DNA of 64,000 bases from an uncultured Dehalococcoidia bacterium (GCA_964570875.1 CAZMZE010000063.1:9445-73444); one strand, 5' to 3'. Shown: positions 18,959 through 30,228, numbered from the stretch's first letter. Numbers and translations are program-made. Notes: generated by a model from the letters alone, not told the origin.

Positions 18959-20089
18959 TCACCGATATTGATTGATAATTTCATTGATCTTCTGGACAAT
19001 GATCTTCTCACTGCCTTTTTTAAGAGTAGGCATTCGGAATACTAAAAAATCTTGATTTACTGGTTGCCGTGCCCAGATACTTGGATTGCCGGCCCTAAGT
19101 TTTTGGTCGATATCTTGAGCAGACATTCCTAGGACATTTATGTCGATTTTTATTCCAATACCGTCTGGAGGTAGGTCTGATGGCGAATCAAAAAACGTGA
19201 GACCGGGGATGTTGCTCAGTGCAGACTTCATATTTTCTATACGAGCTTCGTATTCAGCGAATCGATCTTCGTGATTGGTAGTTAACCATTCTCTTAAAGA
19301 GGCGTAGACCGCTACTATTTCTTGTCGATCAAGTTTCATAGGCCTGCCGAAAGAATTTACAGAAGTGGATTCAAAGCCTATTGAACTGTGAGTCCGGGCT
19401 ATATCTATAAGTTCTTTTCTTCCTGTCAACATTCCGCTTGAGTTAACAGAGCCGAAATATTTTGCTCCGTATGCTACAAGATCGGCTCCCATTTTTACGT
19501 ATTTGCTAAGATTTTCAATTGGGTAAACTTGGCCAGCAGCATCAACTACGATTGGAATATTTTTCGAGTGCCCGATATCGATCACATCTTCGATTGGTAG
19601 TGCGCCAGATTCGGGTTTTCCTGGAGCCAAATAATGTATACCAGCAGTATTGGGACCAATTGCTTCTTCAAGTTGTTTGTGACTGGTTCCGTTATCATCT
19701 CCTATTACGACTAACTTACCTCCCGGGATAGTCATACTACGGTCGTATCTAACTCTCAATTGCCTTTGTATAATAAATTCATTAGGCATGTCGCTAGTGT
19801 CAGGGATGAGTTCCATTTTTTCAGGATTGTCTCCAGTCATGCAAGCCGCAGCTCCAACCGCCAAGGCCGCCGCGCATCCGCTTGTTATAAGAACCGCCTC
19901 TATATCTAGCATCTCAGCTATTTTTTCACCCACGCTGTCAGCAAGTTGTCCCATATCGACGTAATGTTCTTCGATCGCATCCATAATCGCTCGGACGTCA
20001 GAAGACGGGGTATTGCCTCCTAATGCGGTTCGATTACCATGGCCGTTGAGTACTGGGCTGATTCCAAGTTCTTCAAATATGTTGACCAT
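18959..20089 (-). CDS. SelA-like (L-seryl-tRNA selenium transferase-related / DgaE-like) PLP enzyme
   Basis: 376 aa. Fold-type I pattern with a candidate PLP-lysine in YGAKYFGS. Shorter than canonical SelA. AGGAGA RBS. Confidence 0.6.
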   Translation of the reverse strand: MVNIFEELGISPVLNGHGNRTALGGNTPSSDVRAIMDAIEEHYVDMGQLADSVGEKIAEMLDIEAVLITSGCAAALAVGAAACMTGDNPEKMELIPDTSDMPNEFIIQRQLRVRYDRSMTIPGGKLVVIGDDNGTSHKQLEEAIGPNTAGIHYLAPGKPESGALPIEDVIDIGHSKNIPIVVDAAGQVYPIENLSKYVKMGADLVAYGAKYFGSVNSSGMLTGRKELIDIARTHSSIGFESTSVNSFGRPMKLDRQEIVAVYASLREWLTTNHEDRFAEYEARIENMKSALSNIPGLTFFDSPSDLPPDGIGIKIDINVLGMSAQDIDQKLRAGNPSIWARQPVNQDFLVFRMPTLKKGSEKIIVQKINEIINQYR

Positions 20090-20263
20090 TTAACGTGTCT
20101 CCTACTAGATGGGCTGAATGAGCCATGAATCGTATTCTAGGTGCCTTAACCTGACACGGCAAGCTGCAAAAATACCGATTCTTGTTTTGGTACCACTGAT
20201 TCCAGATCCAATACTTTTTGGATAGTTCGAGGATGATATGTTCTTTGTTGAAGATGTAAATTG

Positions 20264-22048
20264 CTACTCAGTATCTTTCTCAGCCTTCTGGGAGATGCTT
20301 CGCATTTTGGTGGACACAAACCCTTGAAGTGAATTAACTTCCCTGGTGATAGCTGTGCGGAAATAAGAACTATACTCCCCCATCTTTCTGAATTTTTTAT
20401 TTTTCTCCCGCACTCTTCGTCTTTGTGAACCTGATTGGAGATTTGATAATTCACGAAGCAAGACCCGTCTTAATTGACGAGCAGCTTCGTCCGGATTATT
20501 GTGGGCACCTCCTGGTGGTTCTTGCACAATTCCGTCCGCGATTCCAAGTTCTAGGCAGTCCTGTGCTGTCAGTCTCAGTGATTCTGAAACTTCTTCTGCG
20601 CGGTTCTTATCTTGATAGATTAATTGAGCAGCATCTTCTGGTGCAACAGTCGTATATATGGCGTTCTCTTGCATAAACACTCTGTCAGTTATTCCAAAGG
20701 CCAAGGCACTCGCATTGCCACCTTCCCCAATTACAACTGAGATCGAAGGTACTTGCGCTGAAGCCATTTTGGAGATTGTGGTAGCGATTGTGTTGCTGAG
20801 TCCTCTTTGGTCAGCAGCCAGGCTAATGTCAGGTCCCGGAGTGTCGACCAAGCATAAATTGGGGATATTGAATTTGGATGCCATGTGAATGATTCGCTGG
20901 GCTTTACGAAAGCCTTCAGGTGTTGTACGCCCGGAATTACCAGGTTCTTTAGAGTTTTCTCGATACCTTTCATTTCCAATAACCATGATTGTTTGGCCGC
21001 CGAGTTGCCCGAAGCCGCAAATGGTCGATAAATCGTCACCGTTGATTCTGTCACCATGTAGTTCCACGAAATTGGTTAATATCCTTGTTATGTAATCTAC
21101 AGAAGATGGACGGTCTTGGTGGCGAGACAGTTGGACTGCTTCCCATGCAGGAACTACTTTCAAGTCCCTTGTTTCTGCTGGGATCTTTTGTTTCGAGGTT
21201 AATTGATACTGTTGCCCAAGAAGATCTAATATCGTGGCAAGTAGGTCTTTCAATGAGGTTCGGTCAACCACAGCATCCAGCATCCCTTTTACTACCTGAG
21301 ATTCAGTTGTGAGTGGTCTCGTTGAAGCTTGATCTTTGGATGATTCACTCTGAGTAAATGACGGTGAAAAACCGACCACAGCACCCGGTTCACCAATGAT
21401 TATGTCAGCCAAGTTAGCAAAACTAGCATAAGCTTGACCAGTTGTCGGATTTGCAAGTACGGATATGAATGGCAAACCAGCTTCGCTGTGTATATTTGAT
21501 GCCATGACAGTTTTTGCCATTTGCATCAGTGATAGGATGCCTTCTTGTACTCTCGTCCCCCCGCTTGTAACAATCGATACAGCTGGGATTTTAAGTTTCA
21601 CAGATCTTTCTAAAGCTAGAGATATTTTCTCACCAACTACACAGCCCATAGTCCCGCCCATAAACCCAAAATCGAGCACAATCAGAGTTGTCTTGGTTCC
21701 ACCAATTTCACATATACCAGTCACAACAGCTTCTGTAAGTCCGGTCCTCCTCTGATCTCGAAAAATCCGTTGTTTGTAGGGAATACGAGAAGAAAATGAA
21801 AGTGGATCTAAAGACGTGATCGACTGATTTGTTTCGCGGAAGCTTTCAGGGTCTGCCAATGAATTAATGCGTTCTCTTGCCGTCATACTATAGTGAAAAT
21901 GGCAATTATGACAGACTCTGTACATTGAGTAGCAATCAGAGTTGGTCAGTGATGTACTGCAAACAAGACAGGCCTCTCGCGCCGAGGACCGTTCCAAATT
22001 GTCCCGGGTGCTTACGGAGATCAATCTGTTGACAAGATTTCGCACCAC
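20264..22048 (-). CDS. accDA: acetyl-CoA carboxylase carboxyltransferase, fused beta (AccD) and alpha (AccA) subunits
   Basis: N-terminal Cys4 zinc ribbon (CLVC...CHNC) and AccD core. C-terminal half carries the AccA signature WEAVQLSRHQDRPSSVDYI...ELHGDR. Confidence 0.88.
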   Translation of the reverse strand: MVRNLVNRLISVSTRDNLERSSAREACLVCSTSLTNSDCYSMYRVCHNCHFHYSMTARERINSLADPESFRETNQSITSLDPLSFSSRIPYKQRIFRDQRRTGLTEAVVTGICEIGGTKTTLIVLDFGFMGGTMGCVVGEKISLALERSVKLKIPAVSIVTSGGTRVQEGILSLMQMAKTVMASNIHSEAGLPFISVLANPTTGQAYASFANLADIIIGEPGAVVGFSPSFTQSESSKDQASTRPLTTESQVVKGMLDAVVDRTSLKDLLATILDLLGQQYQLTSKQKIPAETRDLKVVPAWEAVQLSRHQDRPSSVDYITRILTNFVELHGDRINGDDLSTICGFGQLGGQTIMVIGNERYRENSKEPGNSGRTTPEGFRKAQRIIHMASKFNIPNLCLVDTPGPDISLAADQRGLSNTIATTISKMASAQVPSISVVIGEGGNASALAFGITDRVFMQENAIYTTVAPEDAAQLIYQDKNRAEEVSESLRLTAQDCLELGIADGIVQEPPGGAHNNPDEAARQLRRVLLRELSNLQSGSQRRRVREKNKKFRKMGEYSSYFRTAITREVNSLQGFVSTKMRSISQKAEKDTE

Positions 22049-22071
22049 CTAAGCACCATCTTTCAATGTTG

Positions 22072-24594
22072 TTACTGAACAGTAACTTCTTCAGAGGCTT
22101 GATTAATTATAACATCACGTGACTTTGATCCGTCGCTGGGTCCAATGATTCCTTTTTCCTCAAGCTGGTCCATGAGTCTGGCTGCCCTGGGATATCCTAT
22201 TCTCAATCTACGCTGAAGCAGTGAAGTTGACAGTTTGCTGTAACTCCTACCGAGTTCTACAGCCTTGTTTAGAAGGACGTCTTCTGCAGTGTCAACTATT
22301 TCGACAGATTCTGTTTTGCTTTCAGCTTCCTTGTTCAAAATCCTAAGATTTATAGATGCCATGGGACCTCTTTTTGTTCTTTGCCAAAATGACACCACGT
22401 TATCAATCTCACTATCAGATATAAACACATTCTGAATTCGTTTTGGTGTGGAGGCTTCGATTGGCAAATAAAGCATGTCGCCTCGTCCTAGCAAGCGATC
22501 AGCTCCAGCCGAGTCAAGAATGGTACGTGAATCTACTTGTGATGATACGGCAAATGCTATTCTACTGGGGAAATTGGCCTTTATAAGCCCAGTTACCACA
22601 TCTACAGAAGGTCTTTGAGTTGCAATAATTAGATGTATGCCTGTTGCTCTGCCTAGCTGAGCTAGGCGACAGAGGGATTGTTCCACATCAAAAGCGGCAG
22701 TCATCATTAAGTCTGCAAGTTCATCAACTGCTACAACAAGATAGGGTAATGGATCTTCCATCTTCTTGTTGTAGAGATCTATGTTTCTAACTCCTGCGTT
22801 TTCAAATCTTCGATAGCGATCCATCATCTCTTGTATCAAGCCTTTGAGAATTCCTACTACTTGGTCAGTTTCTACTACTACGGGGCTTAATAAATGAGGT
22901 ATACCGTTGTATGGTGTTAATTCGACTCGTTTAGGGTCTATAAGAAGTAACCTCATTTCGGCTGGACTTTTTTCCATCAGCAGACAACCGAGAATTGCGT
23001 TAATGCAAACGCTTTTGCCGCTTCCGGTGGCCCCCGCGATCAAAAGATGAGGCATTTTGGCAAGATCTGCGACAACAGTTTCACCACCGCTGCCTTTTCC
23101 AAGAGCTATGGGGAGTGCTGCCTTGGAACGAAGCTTCAAGAAGCTATCACTTTCCATAACAGATCTTTCAGCCACTAGACTTGGATTGGGATTTGGTACT
23201 TCAATACCCACTTGAGATGTTCCCATTGCAGGTGTCTCAATGCGAATACTTGGAGTCTTTAATGCCAGTGCCAGATCTTTTTCACGAGAGAGAATACTGT
23301 CGACCTTAACCCGAGTTTTCGTTTCCTGCTTTATGATGATCTGCTTCCCTTCATTGTCGATCATCGGGTTACCAGAATCATCTACCTTTTTCACCTGTTT
23401 TGTTCGACGTACCCATCCGGGTATAAGTCCATACATTGTCACAGTTGGCCCGGGACGGATGTCTCCTATTTCAACCTCGACTCCATATTCTGTCAATGTC
23501 TTAACAATAATTTCAGCAGTCTCTTCAACCTGATGTTTTGATATACCAGTTTCTGAAGCTGATTCAAGCAATTCCATACTAGGATTGTCCCATTCGAACA
23601 CTTCAGATTGTTGGTTGGTTTTCAGATTGGAATCGTTGTTGGTCTCTTGTGTTTGATTATTTTCAACCAATCCTGGTTCCAATTGGTCATCCGTATTCCA
23701 AAATTTGTTGAATTTGCCAGGTACTGGGGTTTGTGATGTTGTCTGATCTACCGGATTTTTGAACTCCTCAGTGTCACTGTTTTCAATGGATGAGCGTTCT
23801 GTCTCTTGATAGATGCCATCAGATTCAATGTCATCAATTTCATGCTCTAAAATTTTCTCAGAGCTGATTAATAAAGATTGTGGCTGTAACTTTACAGAGG
23901 TTGTATCTATCAAACTGTCAGAAGCTGCGGTTGTAGATAATACTGGAGAGATGGCAACATTCCTAATTTCAGAACCCTCAATGACGCTTTGTGAAGATAC
24001 AACATCGTCCTGTTTTTTCCTCATACTTTTTTTAGCTAGCCATCCTAATGCAAGAATTAACACAACGTATGAGTATATGAGAACTCTTCGCATCGACAGT
24101 AATGTTGTTTTAGCCAGAGCAGGACTACATATTGAGCAGCTAGCTATCGATAGTGCAGCAAGGGTCAAAGACGCAAAATACCAATCATTTCCGATTATCG
24201 CTGATCCAATATTTCCTCCCAGTGATACTTCACCGTATAGAGTGAATTCACTAAGGAAACCGTTGTATACATCGAAAAATCCCATCACCCCAATCGAAAC
24301 CCCTATAAATCCAAATGAAGCTATCCACAGATTTGCCGGCCTTAACCATGATCGACGCAACCAAAAGACCATAATGACTGATGAAATCCAAAGACTTACA
24401 GGTGCTACACCAAATCCCAAGGAGGACAAAACGGACTTTTTGGCAAGGTTTACTTCTTTGATAAAGACAAATCCCACCACTGATATAGTTACAATGAGGA
24501 GACTTGCCAGTATTATCTTGACGGAGGTTCTTGTTTTGAAAAGTGAACCAAGACCATTCCCGATGATGTAATTGTTTAGATTCATTTTATCCAA
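22072..24594 (-). CDS. ftsK: DNA translocase FtsK
   Basis: N-terminal TM helices, a long low-complexity linker, motor domain with GATGSGKS Walker A, and a C-terminal gamma winged-helix (LLQRRLRIGYPRAARLMDQLE). Confidence 0.93.
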   Translation of the reverse strand: MDKMNLNNYIIGNGLGSLFKTRTSVKIILASLLIVTISVVGFVFIKEVNLAKKSVLSSLGFGVAPVSLWISSVIMVFWLRRSWLRPANLWIASFGFIGVSIGVMGFFDVYNGFLSEFTLYGEVSLGGNIGSAIIGNDWYFASLTLAALSIASCSICSPALAKTTLLSMRRVLIYSYVVLILALGWLAKKSMRKKQDDVVSSQSVIEGSEIRNVAISPVLSTTAASDSLIDTTSVKLQPQSLLISSEKILEHEIDDIESDGIYQETERSSIENSDTEEFKNPVDQTTSQTPVPGKFNKFWNTDDQLEPGLVENNQTQETNNDSNLKTNQQSEVFEWDNPSMELLESASETGISKHQVEETAEIIVKTLTEYGVEVEIGDIRPGPTVTMYGLIPGWVRRTKQVKKVDDSGNPMIDNEGKQIIIKQETKTRVKVDSILSREKDLALALKTPSIRIETPAMGTSQVGIEVPNPNPSLVAERSVMESDSFLKLRSKAALPIALGKGSGGETVVADLAKMPHLLIAGATGSGKSVCINAILGCLLMEKSPAEMRLLLIDPKRVELTPYNGIPHLLSPVVVETDQVVGILKGLIQEMMDRYRRFENAGVRNIDLYNKKMEDPLPYLVVAVDELADLMMTAAFDVEQSLCRLAQLGRATGIHLIIATQRPSVDVVTGLIKANFPSRIAFAVSSQVDSRTILDSAGADRLLGRGDMLYLPIEASTPKRIQNVFISDSEIDNVVSFWQRTKRGPMASINLRILNKEAESKTESVEIVDTAEDVLLNKAVELGRSYSKLSTSLLQRRLRIGYPRAARLMDQLEEKGIIGPSDGSKSRDVIINQASEEVTVQ

Positions 24595-24781
24595 CTATCC
24601 CTATGTTAGAGTGCAAAATAAAAGTTTTTGGATTTCAGGATCTCGTCCAGATTGTGGAATATTCGTTAAGAATGGGAGTCACCTATTTTTCGTGGTCGGT
24701 GAACTAGTCATAGGTACTTCCATGACCATAGGCTCGGATATCCTCTATTTACATGAACCTGATGACTGATGAGGATTGGTG

Positions 24782-26443
24782 TTACGAGCGTTGTACGATA
24801 GCCACAACTTTCGGATTTAAACGAGTTTCTTGATAGATGAATTCGGATACGACCCTCTCAACACCGACTTTAATCTCGTATGAATTCTGTTCCATTATTT
24901 CGTTTGATTCTAGGTATGCGGAGACCAATTTAGCAGCGTTTTCGAACTTTTCTTGTACTTCTTCAATTTCCAAAAAACCGTATGAAGATAAAGATGGCAT
25001 GCCAATTACGGTATTGTTTGTACGTTCGAGAAATATTGCCACGTTGATAATTCCCTGTTTGCCCAGCAGGTGACGTTCATGCAAAATCGGATTGTTGCCC
25101 TCCCAGAATCGCTTGCCGTCAACGAGTACATGATTGGATGGTACCGCTCCAATAATTTCTCCAAATTCATCGTGTATTTCAAGAACTTCTCCGTCCTCTA
25201 GTACAAATATGTTTTCAGCAGATACCCCCACCGATTCTGCAATCGCAGCATGGGCAGTTAAATGCCTATACTCGCCATGGATCGGAACGAAGAATTTTGG
25301 TTTCAATAGGGTTAAGACCATCTTAAGTTCCTCTTGACTAGCATGACCGTGGACATGTACTAGAGCTACGCGACTATATAATACGGTGGCTCCTTTTCTG
25401 AAAAGATTGTCTATGGTTCTCGCAACAAGCGTCTCATTCCCTGGAATTGGTGAGGCAGATATGATAACAGTGTCACCGTCAATAACACTGATATCAGGGT
25501 GTTGGCCATTAGCGATTCTTACAAGAGCAGAAGTTGGTTCGCCTTGGCTACCCGTAGCTACAATGATTGTTTCATCATTCGGGAGTTTAGAACTTTCTTT
25601 CAGAGAGATCAGGATATTGTCTGGGTCAGAAAGGTACCCCATTTTCAACGCCATACCGACATTGTTGTTCATGCTTCGGCCAACCACGGCCACTTTCCGA
25701 CCATGTTTCGCAGCAGCTGTAAGGATCTGCTGGATACGGGAAATTAGAGACGCGAAAGTTGCTATCATTACACGTCCTGATGCTTGCCCGATAGCGTTAT
25801 CCAGGGCCTCACCCACAATACTTTCTGATTCCGTATAGCCTTTGAGTTCAGCGTAAGTTGAGTCTGATAATAGAAGAATTACTCCTTCCGATGCCAGACG
25901 AGACAGCACAGAAAAATCCGTAGATTTGCCGTCCACAGGTGTATGGTCTATTTTGAAATCCCCAGTATGAATAATGTGTCCCAATTTAGTGCCCAGCGCT
26001 ATTCCCATAGCATCAGGAATGGAGTGAGTAACCCGGAAAAATTCAACCTTGAACTTGCCTATCTTGAATGGAGAATTAGGTTCCACAACGTTGAGATGTG
26101 CCTGTTGCAGAAGTCCGCGATCGCGTAACTTAACAGTGATAAGTCCATGCGTTAAACGAGAAGCATAAATAGGTACGTTGAATTCATTGACGAAATATGG
26201 GATTGCTCCAATGTGATCCTCATGGCCATGGGTAATCATCATTGCCACAATTTTATCACTGTTATCGCGAAGATAAGAGAAATCAGGGATTGCGAAATCA
26301 ATCCCAGAGGGCATATTTTGATCAGCAAAGAGTACTCCTGCGTCGATGATTACTATTTCGTTTGAATACTCAATAGCCATCATATTGCGTCCTATGTCTC
26401 CTAGGCCGCCCAGAGGTATGATTTTTATCGCGGAGTTAGTCAA
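24782..26443 (-). CDS. rnj: ribonuclease J
   Basis: Metallo-beta-lactamase HGHEDHIG motif, beta-CASP layout, 553 aa, TTG start. Confidence 0.92.
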   Translation of the reverse strand: MTNSAIKIIPLGGLGDIGRNMMAIEYSNEIVIIDAGVLFADQNMPSGIDFAIPDFSYLRDNSDKIVAMMITHGHEDHIGAIPYFVNEFNVPIYASRLTHGLITVKLRDRGLLQQAHLNVVEPNSPFKIGKFKVEFFRVTHSIPDAMGIALGTKLGHIIHTGDFKIDHTPVDGKSTDFSVLSRLASEGVILLLSDSTYAELKGYTESESIVGEALDNAIGQASGRVMIATFASLISRIQQILTAAAKHGRKVAVVGRSMNNNVGMALKMGYLSDPDNILISLKESSKLPNDETIIVATGSQGEPTSALVRIANGQHPDISVIDGDTVIISASPIPGNETLVARTIDNLFRKGATVLYSRVALVHVHGHASQEELKMVLTLLKPKFFVPIHGEYRHLTAHAAIAESVGVSAENIFVLEDGEVLEIHDEFGEIIGAVPSNHVLVDGKRFWEGNNPILHERHLLGKQGIINVAIFLERTNNTVIGMPSLSSYGFLEIEEVQEKFENAAKLVSAYLESNEIMEQNSYEIKVGVERVVSEFIYQETRLNPKVVAIVQRS

Positions 26444-26449
26444 AAGTGG

Positions 26450-27070
26450 TTACTCAAATAATCCTAGTTGTCGAATTTCATCGTCTGGTTCTACTTTGCT
26501 CGCATCTATATCTACTATAGCTTCAACAATTGAGGGAAGTCTATTGAAATCATCTTCAAGCAATGGTCTCAGTTTTGGATTGTGGAGAGCTGCGGCCGGA
26601 TGATACATGGGATAAAGTAGCCGTTGGTTCCAAGGTCGAGGCTTTCCTCGTGCTTTCGATATAGCTTCTCCCGGGAAAAATTTTGTAAAAGAGTGGCGCC
26701 CAAGTGTCACAAGTATTTTAGGGTCAATCATTTGTATTTGCTGGTCCAGAAACGGACGGCAAGATTCTATTTCCACTGGTAAAGGATCTCTGTTATTAGG
26801 TGGCCGGCATTTGACCATATTGGTGATGTAGACATCTTCCCTTTTAAGAGAAATCGAGGCTAGCAGTTCATCCAGTAACTTACCGGCCTGTCCAACGAAT
26901 GGTCTTCCGTCGCGGTCTTCATAGAAGCCTGGTCCTTCGCCTATGAATACCAAATCGGCTCTGGCTGAACCTTCTCCCGGTACCGCATTACTTCTTGTCT
27001 GGGATAAGGAGCAGTTGATGCAATTACGAATTTGATATCCGAGTTCGTCTAAACTTAGCATGAAAGCCAT
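26450..27070 (-). CDS. uracil-DNA glycosylase, family 4
   Basis: CINCSL cysteine motif, FIGEGPGFYED active-site motif, HPAA near the C-terminus. Confidence 0.9.
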   Translation of the reverse strand: MAFMLSLDELGYQIRNCINCSLSQTRSNAVPGEGSARADLVFIGEGPGFYEDRDGRPFVGQAGKLLDELLASISLKREDVYITNMVKCRPPNNRDPLPVEIESCRPFLDQQIQMIDPKILVTLGRHSFTKFFPGEAISKARGKPRPWNQRLLYPMYHPAAALHNPKLRPLLEDDFNRLPSIVEAIVDIDASKVEPDDEIRQLGLFE

Positions 27071-27167
27071 TTTAAGGATTTTAGAAATTATAAAAGGGTG
27101 CTTAAACTTTGATCGTAGCAGACGCTTCTTGAAGCCGTCAATCTAGCAATGGATCCACCAGAAATAG

Positions 27168-28349
27168 TTATTTGGTGATGTTTTTGGTTTTTCGAGGGCC
27201 TGTGAAAAAGCACAAAGAGCCAATAACAGTTCCAGCTCCGGCAATGCCGAACGTGGATGCTGTTGTCAATAAACCTGCTACAGGACCCAGTAATAATGAC
27301 CCGCCCGACCCGCCTATATCCCAACCTGATTGTAGTGTTGCTAGTGCAGCACTACGTTGGTGCCGTGGGACTCGATCAATTGTGAATGACTGCATTGCGG
27401 GCTGAATCATTCCAAATCCACCGCCAGTGGCGAATGCTGCAAGTAAGAAGACAAATTGATTGTGAGACATCATTAATATAAACATCCCTAATGATGTTGC
27501 AATCAGGCCAGGAATGATTAATGCTGAACGACCTAATTTATCTGCGGCACGCCCTGAAATAAGCATGGCGAATATAGTAATAATAGAGTGAACAGTGAAG
27601 AATAATCCTGGATTGCCAAGACCTCGTTCTGAAGCCAGTATTGGTAAGAATGTGTGTACTGGTGCGGTCGTAAATGTATAACTTGTGAAGATCAATGTTG
27701 GGAAAATCGCACCCTTGGCTATGAATGGAGCGCTGTACCTCGAATTTTCATTAGTTATAAAAGTTGTGCGTTCTTGTGATATACGTAAAGCCATACACAT
27801 ACTTAATAATGAGCATAGCGTACAGTACAGAAAACCGTAAGAATAGGAATAGTTTTCGATTAACCAGAAACTTACAAGCGGTGCATACAGACCAGATAAG
27901 GCGACTGCATTACCGTGATAACTGAGTGCTTCGGCCCTGCGGTTTGTTTGGGATAGATTGGCCACCATTGTAACAGTCGCGACAGGGGTCATAGCCATTC
28001 CTATTCCTTGGAATATTCGAACAGGTATCATTGCGAAGGTGTCAAGGGGAATGAGGAAAGCACTGCTTGCGGTGGCGAATATCAATGATCCAATAATTGC
28101 CACTTTTTTTGGACCTAATCGATAAATCCACTTACCGGCGAGTTGTCTTACCACAAGAGATACGGTTCCAAATGCCCCAACTACTAACCCAATGTGCCAT
28201 TCCGAACCTCCGCGTTGAATAATGTAAAGTGGGAGCATAGTAAAGAGAGATGTGTAACTAGCAAACAGAAAATGTGATGTTAGTAAGGTCAAGACGTAAT
28301 CTGAGGTCCAGAGTGAAGCGGGTTGATGCGCTTTAGACGATTGGCTCAA
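27168..28349 (-). CDS. MFS transporter
   Basis: 12 predicted TM segments, 393 aa. Confidence 0.8.
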   Translation of the reverse strand: MSQSSKAHQPASLWTSDYVLTLLTSHFLFASYTSLFTMLPLYIIQRGGSEWHIGLVVGAFGTVSLVVRQLAGKWIYRLGPKKVAIIGSLIFATASSAFLIPLDTFAMIPVRIFQGIGMAMTPVATVTMVANLSQTNRRAEALSYHGNAVALSGLYAPLVSFWLIENYSYSYGFLYCTLCSLLSMCMALRISQERTTFITNENSRYSAPFIAKGAIFPTLIFTSYTFTTAPVHTFLPILASERGLGNPGLFFTVHSIITIFAMLISGRAADKLGRSALIIPGLIATSLGMFILMMSHNQFVFLLAAFATGGGFGMIQPAMQSFTIDRVPRHQRSAALATLQSGWDIGGSGGSLLLGPVAGLLTTASTFGIAGAGTVIGSLCFFTGPRKTKNITK

Positions 28350-28592
28350 TTGATATGGCCATTACGTTTGCAGGTACTCAGTGGATTACGATGTTTAAAC
28401 ATTTTCAAATTCTATCTGGGAGAAAATTTGTGTCAAGGTTATCTTGAACAATACAAAATAAAGTTTGTGAACTGGAACGTATTGAATTAGAATCACCCTG
28501 TCCTCCAATAGTGATCATCTCAATATTAATATTCTAGGCGCTACTCTGAATAATTTAGTAAACCACCTGACTGACAGAGAAACTGCATCCAA

Positions 28593-29828
28593 ATGAAGGG
28601 TTTATCTTCTCTATTAGATTCATTCTCGATTCCTGGGTTTCGCTGGATGTGGTTCGGGTCTTTTACTTCGTATTTGTCTATGAGTATGCAGATGACTACC
28701 AGAGCATGGCTTGTAATGCAGATCACAACAGATTCCCCTATGGCATTGGCTTGGACGATGGTTTCTTTTGCATTCCCATTAACATTTGTGTCATTGATAG
28801 CAGGTGCTTTAGCAGATCGGATGCCCAGAAGGACAATAGTGATAGTGACTCAGGCTGGAAATGTGTCGATGGCGATTTTGATTGGGATATTGGATATGAT
28901 TGGGATTGTATCTCTTTTGCACCTTATATTGATAGGATTGGCTAGTGGTTCCCTAATGGCGCTAAATATGCCTAGTAGACAGGCTATGATTTCTGAAATT
29001 GTCCCTGAAAATAAATTGATGAATGCTATCGCTCTTAACAATGCAGCCATGAATATTACAGGTATGATTGGTCCTGCTGTGGCTGGATTCTTAATAGTGT
29101 TCTTTGAAAAATTCTACGATTCAGGTACTCATGGTGTCTTCTTCGTTATCGGGGCAACCTATGCTTTTTCAGCTATTTCGGTCGCAATGGTTAACGCTGG
29201 CCGGCGTCCTTCCGCCAATTCAGGAAATAGCGTAATAACAGATATAACTGCAGGACTAGTGTACGCGAAAGATCATCTTGTATTAAGAAAAGTGGTGATT
29301 TTGGTTTTTCTTACTGTGATAACTGGCACAGCTTATTGGCCATTGATGCCAGCATGGGCAAGAGAAGTACTTGATGTAGGTGCTGATGGTTTGGGGATAC
29401 TCAACTCTGCAACTGGATTAGGGTCATTGGCGGGGAGTCTGGCGCTGGCATCAGTATTAGGCGCAAAAAATCGAGGATTTTTACTTCAAGGTACGTGTGT
29501 TTGTTGGGGTATAGTGATTGCCGTTTTTGCCCAAACGACAGCATTTGCACAGGCCATGCCGCTGCTGGTTATGATGGGGGTCTTCAGTGCGATGTTCATG
29601 TCCCTAAATATGACTTTGCTGCAAACTTATTCTGATCCTGAGATGAGAGGTAGAGTAGTGGGGTTGGGAATGATGTCTTGGGGCTTGATGCCTATAGGAG
29701 CGATTCCTTTTGCATGGATAGCGTCGATGTTTGGCACATCTGTGGCATTAACTTTTAGCGGTGTTTTATTAGCGGTTTCTGCAATTGTGTTCTGGTTGAT
29801 TTATCCTGAGTTCAGGAGGATTCAATAA
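28593..29828 (+). CDS. MFS transporter, EntS-like (MFS_3 type)
   Basis: N-terminal FRWMWFGSFTSYLSMSMQMTTRAWLV pattern, 12 TM segments. Confidence 0.8.
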   Translation: MKGLSSLLDSFSIPGFRWMWFGSFTSYLSMSMQMTTRAWLVMQITTDSPMALAWTMVSFAFPLTFVSLIAGALADRMPRRTIVIVTQAGNVSMAILIGILDMIGIVSLLHLILIGLASGSLMALNMPSRQAMISEIVPENKLMNAIALNNAAMNITGMIGPAVAGFLIVFFEKFYDSGTHGVFFVIGATYAFSAISVAMVNAGRRPSANSGNSVITDITAGLVYAKDHLVLRKVVILVFLTVITGTAYWPLMPAWAREVLDVGADGLGILNSATGLGSLAGSLALASVLGAKNRGFLLQGTCVCWGIVIAVFAQTTAFAQAMPLLVMMGVFSAMFMSLNMTLLQTYSDPEMRGRVVGLGMMSWGLMPIGAIPFAWIASMFGTSVALTFSGVLLAVSAIVFWLIYPEFRRIQ

Positions 29829-29831
29829 CAT

Positions 29832-30206
29832 ATGTCAGAAGAGAGATCCATATATGTCGAGGTTGAAGAGAATGATAACTGTGAATACATGCCCATGCTT
29901 GTTTATGAAGGTCACAGACAGCCGGTTCAAGTAAGTAAAATAATCATTGATGATCCTGGGCGGCCCGAAGGGATTTGCGATGTTACGGGATGGAGTAGTG
30001 AAGGCGGAGGAACTCCATGCATTGCGTTTTATGTACCTGTGTCAGATTCGGGCCAGGCCATTGCACATCTGGTTTATGGTGGTGACTGGGGGATAAGGAT
30101 GAAACCGGAGAATGTAACTGAGCCATGGGATGTTTCTAGTTCTCTCCAATGGGGAGAGCCATACCTTGTTCTGCTGGACAAAAACTCGATAATAGAGTCT
30201 GATTAA
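29832..30206 (+). CDS. hypothetical acidic soluble protein
   Basis: 124-aa ORF starting 4 nt after the MFS stop (TAACATATG). No recognisable motif. Confidence 0.5.
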   Translation: MSEERSIYVEVEENDNCEYMPMLVYEGHRQPVQVSKIIIDDPGRPEGICDVTGWSSEGGGTPCIAFYVPVSDSGQAIAHLVYGGDWGIRMKPENVTEPWDVSSSLQWGEPYLVLLDKNSIIESD

Positions 30207-30228
30207 CAAGACGAGATCTAACCTAAAC

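Noticed and set aside
18959-20089. Calling this gene selA because it sits next to serS and selB is in the window
   Set aside because: At 376 aa it is about 90 aa shorter than canonical SelA and lacks the N-terminal tRNA-binding extension. It fits the SelA-like/DgaE-type family better. The name is not assigned without a profile search.
23813-24571. 252-aa ORF on the + strand, plus similar long antisense ORFs at 18555-18971, 25386-25838, 39112-39534 and 849-1340
   Set aside because: Each lies entirely antisense to a gene with strong family motifs (ftsK, serS, rnj, M19 dipeptidase, DUF2298). Their sequences are low-complexity or Ser/Thr/Ile-rich, with no SD and no recognisable domains. These are typical shadow ORFs.
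24572-24769. 65-aa + strand ORF filling the ftsK/rnj intergenic region
   Set aside because: TTG start with no SD, opposite orientation to both neighbours, and no motif. The region is more plausibly the ftsK promoter and leader.
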